A stretch of DNA of 64,000 nucleotides from an uncultured Acidobacteriota bacterium (GCA_963796275.1 CAWCKY010000004.1:160001-224000), one strand, 5' to 3'; positions 45,563 through 57,419 are shown, counted from the stretch's first letter. Numbers and translations are program-made. Notes: a model not told the origin generated them from the sequence alone.

Positions 45563-45726
45563 GGATAACTCCTCAAAAGATTATTTCATCAGCTCTCTAA
45601 ATGGGGGGGATGTGAGCTGAAACTACAGAAACGATCCACTCATACGACCAGTGACAATGATCAACCTAAGTTTAATATGATCAAATGATTTCCGCTACTG
45701 GCTGTCGCTCAGTCATGAGTGAGCGG

Positions 45727-45756
45727 ATTATAAACATACTAATCAGGTTGCGCAAC
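45727..45756 (-). promoter_or_regulatory. Sigma70-type promoter for the hydrogenase-like operon, with a palindrome over the -35
   Basis: Minus strand TTGCGC (45755-45750), 17 nt spacer, TATAAT (45732-45727). GTTGCGCAAC palindrome at 45747-45756. Confidence 0.55.
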
Positions 45757-45971
45757 TGGTCTGACGCTACCCGTGAATTTGCGTGTAATCGCGGTAGAGA
45801 ATAGAATCACCGTTCTTCATTCGTCTCGTATCTTCGTGTTCTATTTTCAGACCACCCGTTCAACGAACGTTGCGCGAAAACCACTGAAAATAGACAGGAT
45901 TTATCGGATTTTCAGGATTTACCGGGTCGCAGCGATTCTTGAAAATACCGTCTATTGCCAGAGGAGTTTTT

Positions 45972-46718
45972 ATGAACCCTGAGCAACTTCAGAAGTTGCA
46001 TTACGACCGTATCGCTCAAGAATATGAGGCCCATTATGACGATTCAAACAGCCAGCGATACCGCGACAAATTCTATCATCGGACGATGTTCGAGGGGATG
46101 AATCTGACCGGCATGAATGTGCTCGAGGCGATGTGCGGGAGCGGGCAAACGACCCAATTCCTGCTCTCCGAGGGCGCGCAGGTCACCGGTTTGGATATCT
46201 CGAATGAGACCATATCTTCCTTCAGCAGACGCTGGCCAAATTGCAATGCGATCTGCGCTTCGCTGCTCGATTCAGGGTTGGAGAGCGACTCATTCGATGC
46301 CGTCTCGATAGTGGGCGGGCTGCATCATCTGCCTCCCTATGTCGAGAACGCGATCAGCGAAATTCATCGTATTCTCAAGCCGGGCGGATATCTGTGTTTC
46401 GCCGAACCTCATAAAGGATCACTCCCCGACCTGATTCGGCAACTGTGGTACAAACACGATTCGCTCTTCGCCAGCAATGAAGAGGCTATCGATATGACCG
46501 AGCTAAAACGGGCGTTCGCATCGCAGTTCAGCTTCAGAAGAGAGCGATACCTAGGCAACGTCGCGTACCTGCTCGTGCTGAATTCGATGGTCTTCCGTAT
46601 TCCGCTGAGATTGAAACCCGTCTACTCCCCCGCTCTTATACATCTGGAATCTGTGCTCAACCTACTTCAAAGCAAAATGACGGCGTGTCTTGTCGTCTGC
46701 CAATGGCAAAAAAGATGA
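45972..46718 (+). CDS. Class I SAM-dependent methyltransferase
   Basis: VLEAMCGSG motif I, GLDIS, LHHL, RILKPGG. GAGGAG RBS precedes the ATG at 45972. Confidence 0.85.
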   Translation: MNPEQLQKLHYDRIAQEYEAHYDDSNSQRYRDKFYHRTMFEGMNLTGMNVLEAMCGSGQTTQFLLSEGAQVTGLDISNETISSFSRRWPNCNAICASLLDSGLESDSFDAVSIVGGLHHLPPYVENAISEIHRILKPGGYLCFAEPHKGSLPDLIRQLWYKHDSLFASNEEAIDMTELKRAFASQFSFRRERYLGNVAYLLVLNSMVFRIPLRLKPVYSPALIHLESVLNLLQSKMTACLVVCQWQKR

Positions 46719-47441
46719 ATAGTGCTCATCCACCGGACTCGATACCTTTGCGTGGACGCGTTTCATCAGCTCATCGACATCTTCTTTTTTCAGCCCTTTC
46801 GTCTCGATCGTGTCGTGCAAGTGCACCGTGATCTTCGAAGGATAGAGCATCCAATCGCCCTTCCGGCTGAATTCATATGCACCGACGATGCTCATCGGAA
46901 CGATGGGATAACCGAACTGAATCGCCATGCGAAATACGCCCGGGTTGAATGGGCCGACCCGGCCATCGGTAGTGCGGGTCCCTTCGGCGAAGACAATCAG
47001 GCTGATTCCTCGATCGAGCGCTCCCCGCGCCATCTTCAACATCTTTTTATAGGCGGATAAATTCCCTTCCGGAGGCACCGGTATATTCCCGAATTGCTTC
47101 ATCATCCAGCCATAGGCCGGAACGCTGAAATGAGATTCATTCTCCAGCCCGCGGACGAACTGAGGGATGGCGGAATAGATGATAAATGCATCCCAGATGT
47201 CGATGTGGTTGCAGACGAAGAAACTCGTGCGCCGCCGGTCCAATCCCGGAGAATACTTGACTGCCAAATCAACGCCGGCGACCCGCAGGATGTTGCGGAA
47301 AAGCCACCGCTGCGGCCGGTCGTTTTTACGCGGATCGATGAAAATCCCGAGCAGGACTAATACAGTGCAGATCGGAAAGAAGTGGATGATGCTGACGGTC
47401 CATATAAAAATGCTGCGAGCAATGTAGTAGAGTTTCTTCAT
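46662..47441 (-). CDS. Lysophospholipid/1-acylglycerol-3-phosphate acyltransferase (PlsC family)
   Basis: NHIDIWD (HX4D) and FAEGTR motifs; N-terminal hydrophobic segment. Confidence 0.88.
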   Translation of the reverse strand: MKKLYYIARSIFIWTVSIIHFFPICTVLVLLGIFIDPRKNDRPQRWLFRNILRVAGVDLAVKYSPGLDRRRTSFFVCNHIDIWDAFIIYSAIPQFVRGLENESHFSVPAYGWMMKQFGNIPVPPEGNLSAYKKMLKMARGALDRGISLIVFAEGTRTTDGRVGPFNPGVFRMAIQFGYPIVPMSIVGAYEFSRKGDWMLYPSKITVHLHDTIETKGLKKEDVDELMKRVHAKVSSPVDEHYSSFLPLADDKTRRHFALK

Positions 47442-47443
47442 GA

Positions 47444-47610
47444 TCGGTTGTCGGTTTTCGGTTGCTGGTTGCCGGTTGTTGGTTGTTGGTTGGTTGTTGG
47501 TTGTTGGTTCGCAATTGTTTCGAGGGAAATAAAATCGATGTAAACCGGCTACCGACTACCGATAAAATGTCGCTTGTTGATGTAAACCGACAACCGACAA
47601 CCGATTACCG
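47444..47610. repeat. Heptamer tandem repeats arranged as an inverted pair
   Basis: TCGGTTG/CTGGTTG/TTGGTTG units at 47444-47510 and complementary CAACCGA/CTACCGA units at 47543-47610. Confidence 0.75.
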
Positions 47611-48507
47611 TCACACCATTACATTTAATGCGGAGGGAAGCACTTCCAAACTTTCGCACTGGACCTTCATCACTTCGCCATCAATCATAATATCGACCGG
47701 TTCCTGAAAATCCAGATCGATGCGCTGAGCCCTTCCCACCCAAACGAGCGGATGTGAAATGTGGGTACCGTCGTAGCATTTCGGAAAATTCCGGATGAAA
47801 TCGAATCGATCGGCCGACCAGCGAACGATATCGATCAACCCATCGCGCGTATCGGCATTCGGCGCGAGCATCATTCGACCTCCGGTATACTTGCTGTTAT
47901 TGAATATCAGAAGCGCGGACAGCGGTGGATCGGCTTCAGCCACTCCATCGATTTTCATTCTGAAGATGCGCTTCTTGAAGTTCGCTAAGCAGAGGAGTAC
48001 CGACAACGGGTAACTGGCCGCGCCCAGCGATTTAAACCGATCATTGGCGAGTGTGCAAACATCGGCTACGAAACCGAGGCTCAAGATGTTGATATAAAAA
48101 ATCTCACCATCTTTATGTTTCAGGCGGACCACATCGCAACCGCGCCAGCGCTTTTCCATGATAGCCCGAAACGCATATTCGACTCCTTTATCAGTGAAGT
48201 CGCGCAGGAATGAGTTGCCCGTGCCGAGCGGCAAGAATCCCAGCCACGGTTTAACGCCATCGTTCGCGGCTTCGGGAAACAGGCCGTTGACGATTTCAAA
48301 TGAAGTGCCATCCCCGCCGACTGCGATGAATTTAAGATATCCGTCGCGGTAGGCCGCGCGCGCTATCAGGGTCGCATGCCCCGCGCGCTCGGTTTCAACA
48401 ACGTCAAACTGCAGCCCTGCTGCGCGCAGGCGATCGAGTGAGGGACCGAGAAGCTTGGCGCATTTTCCGAAACCCGCCGCCGGATTGACGATGGCAAGAG
48501 TCTTCAT
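47611..48507 (-). CDS. Diacylglycerol/lipid kinase family protein (YegS/DAGK-like)
   Basis: [28 protein letters not shown] motifs. Confidence 0.9.
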   Translation of the reverse strand: MKTLAIVNPAAGFGKCAKLLGPSLDRLRAAGLQFDVVETERAGHATLIARAAYRDGYLKFIAVGGDGTSFEIVNGLFPEAANDGVKPWLGFLPLGTGNSFLRDFTDKGVEYAFRAIMEKRWRGCDVVRLKHKDGEIFYINILSLGFVADVCTLANDRFKSLGAASYPLSVLLCLANFKKRIFRMKIDGVAEADPPLSALLIFNNSKYTGGRMMLAPNADTRDGLIDIVRWSADRFDFIRNFPKCYDGTHISHPLVWVGRAQRIDLDFQEPVDIMIDGEVMKVQCESLEVLPSALNVMV

Positions 48508-50228
48508 AGCTCTATGACCGCCGTGTGGCGCTCATATCTGTTTCGTAATTCCTCGGCCAGTACAAATCGTTTGATCTTCATCGAAGCGGTGCGCGGGAAA
48601 TCGGTATCACACAGGATGTAGCCGCTTATACGTTTGAAGTTGAGCAGCGTGTTATTACACCTGGAGATTTCCTGGATGACATCATCCGTCAATGCCTGCC
48701 CTTCATTGAGCCTCAGAGCGATCACCAGTTTTTCTCCGAGCATCGTGCGTTCAGGCCACACGTAGTTGGCCGCGAAGATGCAGAACTCCTTGACCGGCAG
48801 CCCATCAAAAGCCTTTTCGATGTCTTCCGGGTAAACGTTCTTCCCTTCTTCGGTGACGATCATATTCTTGACCCGCCCGAAGAGCTGAAGATGCCCCTCC
48901 TCGTCAAATCGTCCGAGGTCCCCGGTCAATAGCCAGCCATCGACGATTGTCTCAGCTGTCAGCTCCGGTTCATCCAGATAATGCGACATCACGGTATCGC
49001 TCCGGACGATGACCTGACCGATCCCGTCATCGTCCGGGTTGACCACCCGGACATCCATCCCGGGAAGCGGTTTGCCGACGGTATCGGCGCGGAACGGTCT
49101 GAAGTCATTGAGGGTGATGGCCGTCCCCGCTTCAGTCAAGCCGTAGCCATTTCCCACCGGAATCCCTACATCATAGAAGAACTGAAGCATCGAAGGATCG
49201 CTGAATGCCCCGCCCGTGAAGACGGCGCGCAGCTTCCCGCCGAACGCCTGGTGTATCTGTCTGAACATACCACGGCTCAGCCTGGGACGCGGCTGATTCT
49301 TCGTCAGAGCGCGATTGATCCTGACCAGTCGATTGAAGAAAAAACGGTTGAAAGGCGACAATTCATCGAGGCGTTTCATCAATGCGATCTGCAGGTTCTT
49401 CAAAATCAGCGGCACCAGGGCGACATACGTGATCTTGTACCGCACAAAGGCCTCGCGCACGAATTCCGGTCGCAATGTGCGCAGATGAATGACAGTCGCG
49501 CCGCAAACGAACGGCCCGATGAATCCAACCATAAAATCTATCGCGTGGTTCGTCGGCAAAATGCTGAGGTATCTCACGCCCGGCCAGAAAGGGAAAAGCG
49601 ATGTAAGCGAGGCGCACTGCTCGAGATAGTTATGGTGCGTCAACACGCACCCTTTTGGAGTTCCGCCGGTGCCCGAAGAGTAAACTATGCACGCCCAATC
49701 TTCACGCTTGCGCTTTACGAATAAAGGCTTCCCCTCGACATCGGGGTCTTCCCAGCGGATCGCGCCATATAGATCCGCATTATCCGGTGCATCGGTCACG
49801 ATCACTGTGCCGACGCTGAATTCCGAAAATCCCTCGCAGCGAGCCATCGCGCGCCACAGGTGATATTCGGTGATCAGCACTTCAGCCTTGGAGTGAGTGA
49901 GCAGAGCCAGATGTTCGGGAGCCGAAAGCTTATAATCGAGTGGGACAACCACGCCTCCTGAGTAAAAGATGGCGTATGCCGAAATCGGCCAGCGCGACTG
50001 GTTGGACAGAATGATCGCCGCACGCGAATCGGCCTCGAACCCGCGGTCCTGGAGAAACCTCGCCAGTGGCATAGCGGCTTCTTTGAATGTACGGTAGGTC
50101 AACCGGTGATTTTCCTTATCGCGATCGGCTTCGATAAGGCAGACTTCTTTGGAGAATCGGTCGATTGCTTCGCGCAGAGCGGATCCTATCGATTGGTGCT
50201 GGCTCAGATTGATCATCCCATTTTTCAT
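48504..50228 (-). CDS. Long-chain acyl-CoA/acyl-ACP synthetase (AMP-binding)
   Basis: [38 protein letters not shown]. Confidence 0.9.
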   Translation of the reverse strand: MKNGMINLSQHQSIGSALREAIDRFSKEVCLIEADRDKENHRLTYRTFKEAAMPLARFLQDRGFEADSRAAIILSNQSRWPISAYAIFYSGGVVVPLDYKLSAPEHLALLTHSKAEVLITEYHLWRAMARCEGFSEFSVGTVIVTDAPDNADLYGAIRWEDPDVEGKPLFVKRKREDWACIVYSSGTGGTPKGCVLTHHNYLEQCASLTSLFPFWPGVRYLSILPTNHAIDFMVGFIGPFVCGATVIHLRTLRPEFVREAFVRYKITYVALVPLILKNLQIALMKRLDELSPFNRFFFNRLVRINRALTKNQPRPRLSRGMFRQIHQAFGGKLRAVFTGGAFSDPSMLQFFYDVGIPVGNGYGLTEAGTAITLNDFRPFRADTVGKPLPGMDVRVVNPDDDGIGQVIVRSDTVMSHYLDEPELTAETIVDGWLLTGDLGRFDEEGHLQLFGRVKNMIVTEEGKNVYPEDIEKAFDGLPVKEFCIFAANYVWPERTMLGEKLVIALRLNEGQALTDDVIQEISRCNNTLLNFKRISGYILCDTDFPRTASMKIKRFVLAEELRNRYERHTAVIEL

Positions 50229-50277
50229 GTGTTCGCTGTAGCACGCCTTTTTTCGATTTATCCATCCGCAAGCAGCA

Positions 50278-50520
50278 TCACAGTCGCGCTTGAATTCGTT
50301 CAGCCAGTGTGCGGAAATCGCTTACACCCTGCACTTCGTAATCAGGCAATTCGACATTGAAATGGTTCTCCAGACGAGTCAGCAGTTCGAGCGCCTGCAA
50401 ACTGTCAATACCCAGTTTTTTGAAATAGTCGTCGTCCGGTGAAAGCTCTTCGCGCGATGCCTTAAAATGCGTCGCGGCAAGCGTGAGTATTTCGTCAACG
50501 ATGTTTTCTGTAGTTTTCAT
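50278..50520 (-). CDS. Acyl carrier protein
   Basis: 80 aa from MKTTEN; LGIDSL phosphopantetheine site; LENHFNVEL. Confidence 0.88.
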   Translation of the reverse strand: MKTTENIVDEILTLAATHFKASREELSPDDDYFKKLGIDSLQALELLTRLENHFNVELPDYEVQGVSDFRTLAERIQARL

Positions 50521-50531
50521 AAACCCAAGAA

Positions 50532-50604
50532 TAGTTGATAGTTCGTAAACATTGTGGCAACAATCTATACGAACTATCAACTATCAACTGTCAACTATCA
50601 ACTA
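50532..50604. repeat. Heptamer tandem/inverted repeat
   Basis: TAGTTGATAGTTCGTA ... TACGAACTATCAACTATCAACTGTCAACTATCAACTA. Confidence 0.75.
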
Positions 50605-50606
50605 AT

Positions 50607-51602
50607 TTAGTATGCCCACCGCACCAGTACCGTTCCGGCCGTGAATCCAGCTCCGACAGCGGCGAACAAGACCAGGTCCCCTCTCTTCAATTTACCATCG
50701 TCGATCGCGTCGCCTATGGCCAGCGGAATCGTCCCGGCCGTCGTATTTCCGTACTTGTGAATATTCCGGATAACCTTCTCCTGGGCCAATCCGAGTTTTT
50801 CGGCAGTAGCATCGATGATTCGGATATTCGCCTGGTGTGCGATGAAGGCTCCCAAATCATCGCCGGTCAGGTGATGTTTTTCGAGCATTCTATGACTTAA
50901 CTCTTCCATCTTCCGCACCGCGAATTTGAAGACCGAAGAGCCGTTCTGGTGAACGAAGTGCATATTCTTTTCGACGGTCTCCCGGGTGGACGGATGCAGA
51001 CTTCCGCCGGCGGGCATGCAGAGATTGTCGCCGCCGGAACCATCGATTTCGTGATAATAATCGAGTATCCCAAATTCTTCGTTTTCAGCCGGCTCGAGCA
51101 ACACGGCGCCGGCGCCATCGCCGAAGAGGATGATGGTTGATCGGTCACTCGGATTGACGATGCTCGTCATGACGTCGGTGCCGACGACAAGAACATTTTT
51201 GTGTTGCCCGCTCTCAATGAATTGCGCTCCGGTGGTCAGGGCGTAGAGGAAGGACGAGCAGGCGGCGGAGATGTCAAAACCCCACGCGCGCGTTGCGCGG
51301 ATTTTGTTCTGGATTACGCAGGCCGTCGAGGGGAAGAACATGTCGGGAGTGACCGTCGCAACGATAATCAACTCGATCTCTCCGGCCTCGATGCCGCGAC
51401 GCTTTAGGAGATCGTCGATGGCTTTGACGGCGAGTTCGGAGGCAGGCGTCCCTTTTTCGACCCATCGCCGTTCGTGGATACCGGTACGTTCAACAATCCA
51501 TTCGTGACTGGTCTCAACCAACTTTGCCAGATCGTGATTGGTTACGACGCGCGGCGGCACGTAACGCCCCAACGCTGTGATCTTGGCTCTTCGTTTAGTC
51601 AT
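50607..51602 (-). CDS. fabH: 3-oxoacyl-ACP synthase III
   Basis: RTGIHERR, catalytic [16 protein letters not shown] and YGNT motifs. Confidence 0.92.
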   Translation of the reverse strand: MTKRRAKITALGRYVPPRVVTNHDLAKLVETSHEWIVERTGIHERRWVEKGTPASELAVKAIDDLLKRRGIEAGEIELIIVATVTPDMFFPSTACVIQNKIRATRAWGFDISAACSSFLYALTTGAQFIESGQHKNVLVVGTDVMTSIVNPSDRSTIILFGDGAGAVLLEPAENEEFGILDYYHEIDGSGGDNLCMPAGGSLHPSTRETVEKNMHFVHQNGSSVFKFAVRKMEELSHRMLEKHHLTGDDLGAFIAHQANIRIIDATAEKLGLAQEKVIRNIHKYGNTTAGTIPLAIGDAIDDGKLKRGDLVLFAAVGAGFTAGTVLVRWAY

Positions 51603-51690
51603 TCGTTATTCTCCGGAGATACGGGAAAATGCAAAAATGCTAATAGCTGAATATTCCTGGCATTACCTGCTTTTCAATTCCCGCTACATT

Positions 51691-52494
51691 TCAGGGCAAA
51701 TAAGGAAATGGATCGCTGCTCTCCACAAATCTACGCAAGCCGGCTTCGACCGCTGGTCGAGTAAATAGCTCGCAGAAAATTTCGATCTCTTGTCGAAGTT
51801 CGGCGGAGGGGACCGGCTTGATGAACCCTTTCGCTCTGATACTCGTCGCTCGATCAAACTTCCTTACCTGTGCGGCCGCCGCGCGCGCTACTTTGAGCGC
51901 ATCGCCTTCAGCAACCAGCTGGCTGACCAGCCCGATAGTTTGCGCCTTATTAGCATTTATACTCCTACCGGTCAGCAACAAGTCACGAACAATAGCATTA
52001 CCCAGATCACGCTTCAAACGCGGAATGCCGCCGAATCCAGGGATCAGACCCAACCGAAGTTCGGGAAAACAGAACCGGGCCATCTTGTCCGCAATGATCA
52101 GGTCGCAAACGAGCGCGAGTTCGAATCCGCCTCCGAATGCCATGCCGTGGACAGCTGCGATCGTCACGAGCGGCGAAGCGTCGAGCGTGTTCATCACGCC
52201 ATGAATACGGTTGAGAAACTCGCGAACGCGCGGCGCGGCGTTTTCAAATCCCAATTCTTTGGCGCGGAGATAGAGTTCGCGCAGATCGGCCCCGGCGCAG
52301 AAACCCGATTTCATGCGGCTGTAAATGATGAGCGCGTGTGCTTCATCCTTTAATATTTCGTGCGCCTCAACGAATCGTTCGAGCTCTTCGAGGGTCTTCG
52401 AGCCGATTTCATTGCAGGGCTCACGATGCAGGGCCAGTTCGATACAACCATCGCGCATTTCCCACGAAATCGTCTCACCGGTGAAGCTTTTCAT
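51691..52494 (-). CDS. Enoyl-CoA hydratase/isomerase family protein
   Basis: [29 protein letters not shown]; both catalytic glutamates present. Confidence 0.9.
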   Translation of the reverse strand: MKSFTGETISWEMRDGCIELALHREPCNEIGSKTLEELERFVEAHEILKDEAHALIIYSRMKSGFCAGADLRELYLRAKELGFENAAPRVREFLNRIHGVMNTLDASPLVTIAAVHGMAFGGGFELALVCDLIIADKMARFCFPELRLGLIPGFGGIPRLKRDLGNAIVRDLLLTGRSINANKAQTIGLVSQLVAEGDALKVARAAAAQVRKFDRATSIRAKGFIKPVPSAELRQEIEIFCELFTRPAVEAGLRRFVESSDPFPYLP

Positions 52495-54149
52495 ACTTTT
52501 TTGGAATGATACAGATCCTCGATCTGAGACTGAAATTGTGCGGCAATGGCATCGCGCCGCAGCTTGCCATTCGCCGTCAGCAATCCGCTCTCGATCGTCA
52601 AAGGCTCTTTGTTGAGATGAAATGCGTGTATACGCTTGTAATGCGGCAACTGCAGATTGACCGTCTCCAGAGCCTGTTCAACCTGCTCGTGCGACACCTC
52701 CCCAGTGATCAATGCAGTCAGGAAACCGCGGCCATTACCCATTACCACGCATTGCTGCGCGTCCGGCAGTTTAAAAAGAACCTTCTCCTCGATAGGCTCG
52801 GGCGCAATGTTATGGCCGGAATTCAGGATGATCAGGTTCTTGATTCTACCGACGATCGCCCATTTGCCTTGCTCATCGACTTCGCCTTGATCTCCGGTGC
52901 GCAGCCAACCGTCGTTCATCGTTTTCGCCGTAGCCTCAGGCTTCCCCCAGTAACCGGCGAAGATATTAGGCCCTCGTACCAGTATCTCATCGCCTTCGCC
53001 GAGTTCCATCTCTACCCCGGGAACCGCCGGTCCCACACGACCGGGTACGAAATCGCGCGGGTCATCCAACGTGCAGATAGCCGTGGTTTCGGTCAAGCCA
53101 TAAACCTGTAAGACGCGAATCCCGAGCATGAGGAAGAAAAGTTGCGTATCTTTCGCCAGAGGCGCAGAGCCGCAGATCAGCGCCCGCAGGCTCGACCCGA
53201 TCTTTTTTTTGATGGAAGAAAAGATCAGCGAATTTGCCAATGAGAACCAAAACCCGTCAAAACCCGACGCTTTTCCCTCGTACTTTCGCAGCCAGGCCGC
53301 TTTGCCATTGTGATAAACCTTGCGGATGATACCCGGCTTCCGCGCTATCTGGCTCTCAACACCCGTGCGAATACGCTCGAGCAATACCGGGACGTTGAGG
53401 AAATATTGCGGTTGGGCTAGTGTCAGCTCCTCTCCGAGTTTATTGAGATCGGTCGATAGAGTCAGCAGACTGTGGCGCGACAAACACCCAAGAAGCAGGA
53501 TCCACGAGCCGGCGAAGCAGAAGGGCAGATAATGAAAAACGTGATCCGGATAACTCTCGCTTTCGCCTTCCATCAACTGATCGAGCCGCATCCCCACACA
53601 GCTCAGCATAAATGTGACGTTGCCGGCATTTAGCATAACTCCCTTCGGCTCGCCCGAAGTACCGGATGTATAGATGAGAGTGACGACTTCCCCATCATCG
53701 AGCGTCAGCGGTCCATCAGCCAGCTCATCTGCCGGCTTGGCCGAAAAGATTTCCTCGAAGAGCTTCAACCTCAGCGTTCCAGCATGTTGGTTCTTCGCTA
53801 TCCCATCGAGGAGCTCTTCACTGCTGCAGCAAACCATCGCCGCGCCGCAATCTTTGAGCATACGGGCGAGCTCATCCGGCGCCTGTCTCGGATAGAGGGG
53901 GACCACGATGATGCCTTCGGCGATGAGCGCCAGATCCAGCGCCGCCCATCGAATACTGTTAGGCGCGAGCAATCCGCAGCGGTCGCCTTTCTGTAAGCCC
54001 GATTGGCGAATGAAGCTGCGCGCCGTCCGGATCGATGTAAGCAGTTCGCCCGCAGTCGCGCCAACGAACTGGCCGTCACGAACCTCACGCAAGATAGGAA
54101 GGTCGGGTCTTTGTTTCAGTCGATGAAAGATGTTTTCGATAAAGTTCAT
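52491..54149 (-). CDS. Long-chain fatty acid-CoA ligase (FadD-like)
   Basis: [42 protein letters not shown]. Confidence 0.9.
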   Translation of the reverse strand: MNFIENIFHRLKQRPDLPILREVRDGQFVGATAGELLTSIRTARSFIRQSGLQKGDRCGLLAPNSIRWAALDLALIAEGIIVVPLYPRQAPDELARMLKDCGAAMVCCSSEELLDGIAKNQHAGTLRLKLFEEIFSAKPADELADGPLTLDDGEVVTLIYTSGTSGEPKGVMLNAGNVTFMLSCVGMRLDQLMEGESESYPDHVFHYLPFCFAGSWILLLGCLSRHSLLTLSTDLNKLGEELTLAQPQYFLNVPVLLERIRTGVESQIARKPGIIRKVYHNGKAAWLRKYEGKASGFDGFWFSLANSLIFSSIKKKIGSSLRALICGSAPLAKDTQLFFLMLGIRVLQVYGLTETTAICTLDDPRDFVPGRVGPAVPGVEMELGEGDEILVRGPNIFAGYWGKPEATAKTMNDGWLRTGDQGEVDEQGKWAIVGRIKNLIILNSGHNIAPEPIEEKVLFKLPDAQQCVVMGNGRGFLTALITGEVSHEQVEQALETVNLQLPHYKRIHAFHLNKEPLTIESGLLTANGKLRRDAIAAQFQSQIEDLYHSKKV

Positions 54150-54162
54150 TCGGTGAAGCCCC

Positions 54163-54280
54163 TTGTCATTGTTAATTGTTCATTGTTGATTTTCATTTGT
54201 CATTTGTCATTTAAGAATTAAGCTACCGTTTTTTTCTTCAATGACAAATGTCAAATCAACAATGAGCAATGAAAAATGAC
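54163..54280. repeat. Heptamer tandem/inverted repeat
   Basis: TTGTCAT/TGTTAAT/TGTTCAT units followed by complementary AATGACA/AATGTCA/AATGAGC units. Confidence 0.75.
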
Positions 54281-54291
54281 GGGTGGGCCAG

Positions 54292-55704
54292 CTAGCTATA
54301 TGTTTCAAGCAATTTATGCAAATTCCCGCTCAGCGGCGGCAAATAATCCTCCCAATTCTGCAATCCCTTGCGGATCGGGAAATCGGGATATCGCCGCTGC
54401 AGGTGCTCTTCGAAATAGATGCCCATCCGCGCCATCACTTTCAAATTTCTGGCTACTGTAGCACCGATACCGTCGCGAACCGATTCTTGTTCTTTGAGCA
54501 ATCTTCCCATGACTTCGAACAACCTTTCCTCCAGGTCCGGATCGTCAACGGTCAGGAGCAGATCCTGGTGGCCGCGTTCGTGCATCAGGTTTCTGATTCG
54601 TTCATCCATTGTCAGTCCGGCCGAAGCGACGAGCGACGGCATCGTAGTCACAATTCCGTGGTATCGTGAAGAGACCATCAGATTGCAGTGTCGCAGAATG
54701 CTGACGAGTTGATACATATCGTAATCCGCGGATGAAAATACCGGCAACCCGCCCAGCTTCTCCGCTATCTTTTCGCAGGCCTCCGTATCGAGCATCTCCG
54801 TAGCCGCCAGTACGACGAAAACGCGGTGTTGCTTGCGGAAGCGGTCGACCGCATTTGCTATAGCCCTCAGATAACGCGCGAATGCCTCGTCCACCTCCGG
54901 CCCAGCTCTGTGGAAGTAGACTGTACGATACTGGCTATCTCGATAGGCACCGGTCAATGTCAAAGCGATGAACTTCGATACCGAAGCATTGACCGGCCAC
55001 CAGTAAGGATTGACGGGACAGACGACGAGCACCGGCGTTCGCTCATCCCAGCCCGATTTGCGTAAAGCATCCCGCCCAAAATCGGGGCGGGGCGGTTCGA
55101 ATGTCCAGGCGGTGTCCGTTCCGAGCGCGGTCGATACGCCGAGTTTGCCCAGCACGGTTTGCGATTCCGGATTACGAGTGATGACGAATGAATCCTTGCA
55201 ATAACGCCCGACCATCCGCGCCAGTACCGGCTCCATATATCCCGCTTCCGCTCCATAACCCAGGCTCAGTTTGTTCTGCGCCGCTGCGATGCCGAGCGAA
55301 CCGACCATCATTGCAGTCACCGCATTGGTGAATTTGCTCTTGAACATTGAGCCCTCGCACGCAACGACGCCGTCGAATTTTGGTACTTCGCGCGCCAGCA
55401 TCGGCGGGAAGATGTCGGGAAGTTTTACCTGCTTGACGCTTTTGAAATAGCCTTCTGTGAACCCGAAATTCTGACTCAGGACGCTCAACTCGCACCTGTC
55501 TTCACCAAGAATATGCCTGACCTGGCGCAACATCTCCTCGACGCGCACATCGGAGCCCGTATTGCGGGTTCCGTTATAACCGGTGAAGAGCAATTTCAGT
55601 TTTTCGCCCGGTTGCCAGCGGCGTCCCGCGCCCAGCATCCATTTGAGCTTTGAAATTTCGATCAAACCCCCGACCCAGGCTTCGAGCGCCAGATCCATAC
55701 TCAT
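54292..55704 (-). CDS. Polysaccharide pyruvyl transferase-like protein
   Basis: GYNGTRNTGSD (cf. GYYG..N.GD), ITRNPES, GTDTAW, VSSRYHG. Confidence 0.7.
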   Translation of the reverse strand: MSMDLALEAWVGGLIEISKLKWMLGAGRRWQPGEKLKLLFTGYNGTRNTGSDVRVEEMLRQVRHILGEDRCELSVLSQNFGFTEGYFKSVKQVKLPDIFPPMLAREVPKFDGVVACEGSMFKSKFTNAVTAMMVGSLGIAAAQNKLSLGYGAEAGYMEPVLARMVGRYCKDSFVITRNPESQTVLGKLGVSTALGTDTAWTFEPPRPDFGRDALRKSGWDERTPVLVVCPVNPYWWPVNASVSKFIALTLTGAYRDSQYRTVYFHRAGPEVDEAFARYLRAIANAVDRFRKQHRVFVVLAATEMLDTEACEKIAEKLGGLPVFSSADYDMYQLVSILRHCNLMVSSRYHGIVTTMPSLVASAGLTMDERIRNLMHERGHQDLLLTVDDPDLEERLFEVMGRLLKEQESVRDGIGATVARNLKVMARMGIYFEEHLQRRYPDFPIRKGLQNWEDYLPPLSGNLHKLLETYS

Positions 55705-55767
55705 GCGGTATCTCCTAGGTAAGACAATAAAATAAACGGTATTGCGAGGGGTTAGCGAGTTCTTTCA

Positions 55768-56940
55768 TCAAGTGGCCATCGATCTAGTGTCACTCGCTAC
55801 GGCTCGCGGTGCCGATTCTTCCGTATTCGGCCAATCCTTATACGGATATGAGAAATTGTGCGCCTTACAAAATCGCAGCAGAGGATAGCAGTATTGGGAG
55901 AACGGGACAGGTTTCTTCCCGGTCTCCTGCGTGATGCGCGTATTATCGAAGACTGTGTTCCATACCAGGTAAGGGATGAAGACTTTCAGTAATGTAGCCC
56001 CGTAGCTGACTGCACTGCCCCGGAAACTGTCGGCCAACCAGTTATTGATCGTCGTAAAGGGTTTCTCGAGCGAAGGCAGATATAGAGGGCCGCTCCTGTT
56101 CTGCGCTTCGGCCAATGCGTTTGTCAGTTCCTTGAAGGTCTGCGATTCAACACCCGATGAGAGATGATAAGTATCATGAGCAGGCCTCTCTTTCTGGTGA
56201 ATGGCGACGATCGATTCGGCGACGAAATCGACATTGACTATATCGATCCGATCGCCCGGCTGGAATGGAAGTATGGGCAATCCCGAGAGAAAGACAAAGG
56301 AGCGTACCATGTCGAATTGAGTCGTCTCCGGATAACGACTGTCTCCTAAAATGATGCTCGGCCGAAAAACTGTGTGCGGCACATCCGCCAGCAGTTCGTT
56401 GATCATATGTTCGCAGAATTTCTTGGTGCGCGCATAGGGATCGTAATCGGAACGATTCCAGTCGAGAGCCTTGTCTTCTTGGACTACCTCATCCAATCGA
56501 TGGCCGGCGATGGCGACGGTGCTAACCTCGCTGAAGCGGCGCAGACCGTGGATGTCCCGGGCGGCTTGGGCGGCCTTGAGGACCTCCAGGGTCCCACGCA
56601 GATTGACGTTCAAACAGGTCTTTTCGCTCTTCCGGTTGAGCGACGCTGCGCAATGTATGATCGAATCGGATGATTTGATCAGGCGGCGATAATCTTCTTC
56701 CGACAGCCCGAATTTTTTATCGGTGAGATCGCCGCGAAAAATGTTGATGCGGCTTTTGAGATGATCGTAAAAACGCGGGAAATCCAGGTGCAGCTGCAGC
56801 GCGCGCCAAAGCCGTACTTCGGCTTCGCGCGCGTCTTTGGCGCGAACCAGCAGATTGAGATTGTCTCGATAATTCTCCAGCAGGAGTGCGGCAACGTGGG
56901 CTCCCACGTAACCGGTCGCGCCGGTAAGGAAAATCGTCAT
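55768..56940 (-). CDS. Extended SDR / thioester-reductase-like oxidoreductase (NAD_binding_4)
   Basis: [29 protein letters not shown] (YxxxK), [10 protein letters not shown]. Confidence 0.88.
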   Translation of the reverse strand: MTIFLTGATGYVGAHVAALLLENYRDNLNLLVRAKDAREAEVRLWRALQLHLDFPRFYDHLKSRINIFRGDLTDKKFGLSEEDYRRLIKSSDSIIHCAASLNRKSEKTCLNVNLRGTLEVLKAAQAARDIHGLRRFSEVSTVAIAGHRLDEVVQEDKALDWNRSDYDPYARTKKFCEHMINELLADVPHTVFRPSIILGDSRYPETTQFDMVRSFVFLSGLPILPFQPGDRIDIVNVDFVAESIVAIHQKERPAHDTYHLSSGVESQTFKELTNALAEAQNRSGPLYLPSLEKPFTTINNWLADSFRGSAVSYGATLLKVFIPYLVWNTVFDNTRITQETGKKPVPFSQYCYPLLRFCKAHNFSYPYKDWPNTEESAPRAVASDTRSMAT

Positions 56941-57008
56941 AACCGGGTCAAGTTATCTAGTTGAGGCCTGTGCAAATTATAGCCAGTTGCCATCAGTGTT
57001 TTCTGATT

Positions 57009-57155
57009 GGCTCCGGAGGAGCCCGATATTTATAGCTCAGGGTCTAATTTCAATCTCCAGCTCCGAAGGAGCGGCATCCGAATGCGGGGATGTCGATTCA
57101 TCGCAGCCGGCGAAATGTGGATGATCGAATGCTATAACATTTCGCGCCTCCGGCA
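57009..57155. repeat. Degenerate REP-like palindrome cluster
   Basis: GGCTCCGGAGGAGCC and GCTCCGAAGGAGC short hairpins, then GCGCCTCCGGCAC. Confidence 0.45.
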
Positions 57156-57269
57156 CCTGCCTGCTTAGCCACTAATTACTCGGGCAATTTATTTTTTGAT
57201 ATCGCTCTGGCCCGCTTCACGGGTTAGAACAATATTCAAACAACCTTGTTTCCACAGTACTAACACTAT

Positions 57270-57419
57270 TAACTAAGTTTCTTAATGATCGACGAATCAG
57301 TACCGCGAGCGGTAGCGAGCGTTGTACCCGAGCCAGTCGATTGATTGAGCCACGCTCGCTACCGCTCGCGGTACTGATTCGAACTTGAATCGCCATTTAA
57401 ACATCAAATAACTTAGTTA
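57270..57419. repeat. REPIN/MITE-like element: perfect 30-bp inverted repeat nested in a 10-bp outer inverted repeat
   Basis: CGAATCAGTACCGCGAGCGGTAGCGAGCGT (57293-57322) and its exact complement (57352-57381); outer TAACTAAGTT / AACTTAGTTA. Confidence 0.75.

Noticed and set aside
47444-57419. CRISPR array among the intergenic repeats
   Set aside because: Units are 7-9 nt tandem or inverted repeats with no unique spacers, and no cas genes are present.
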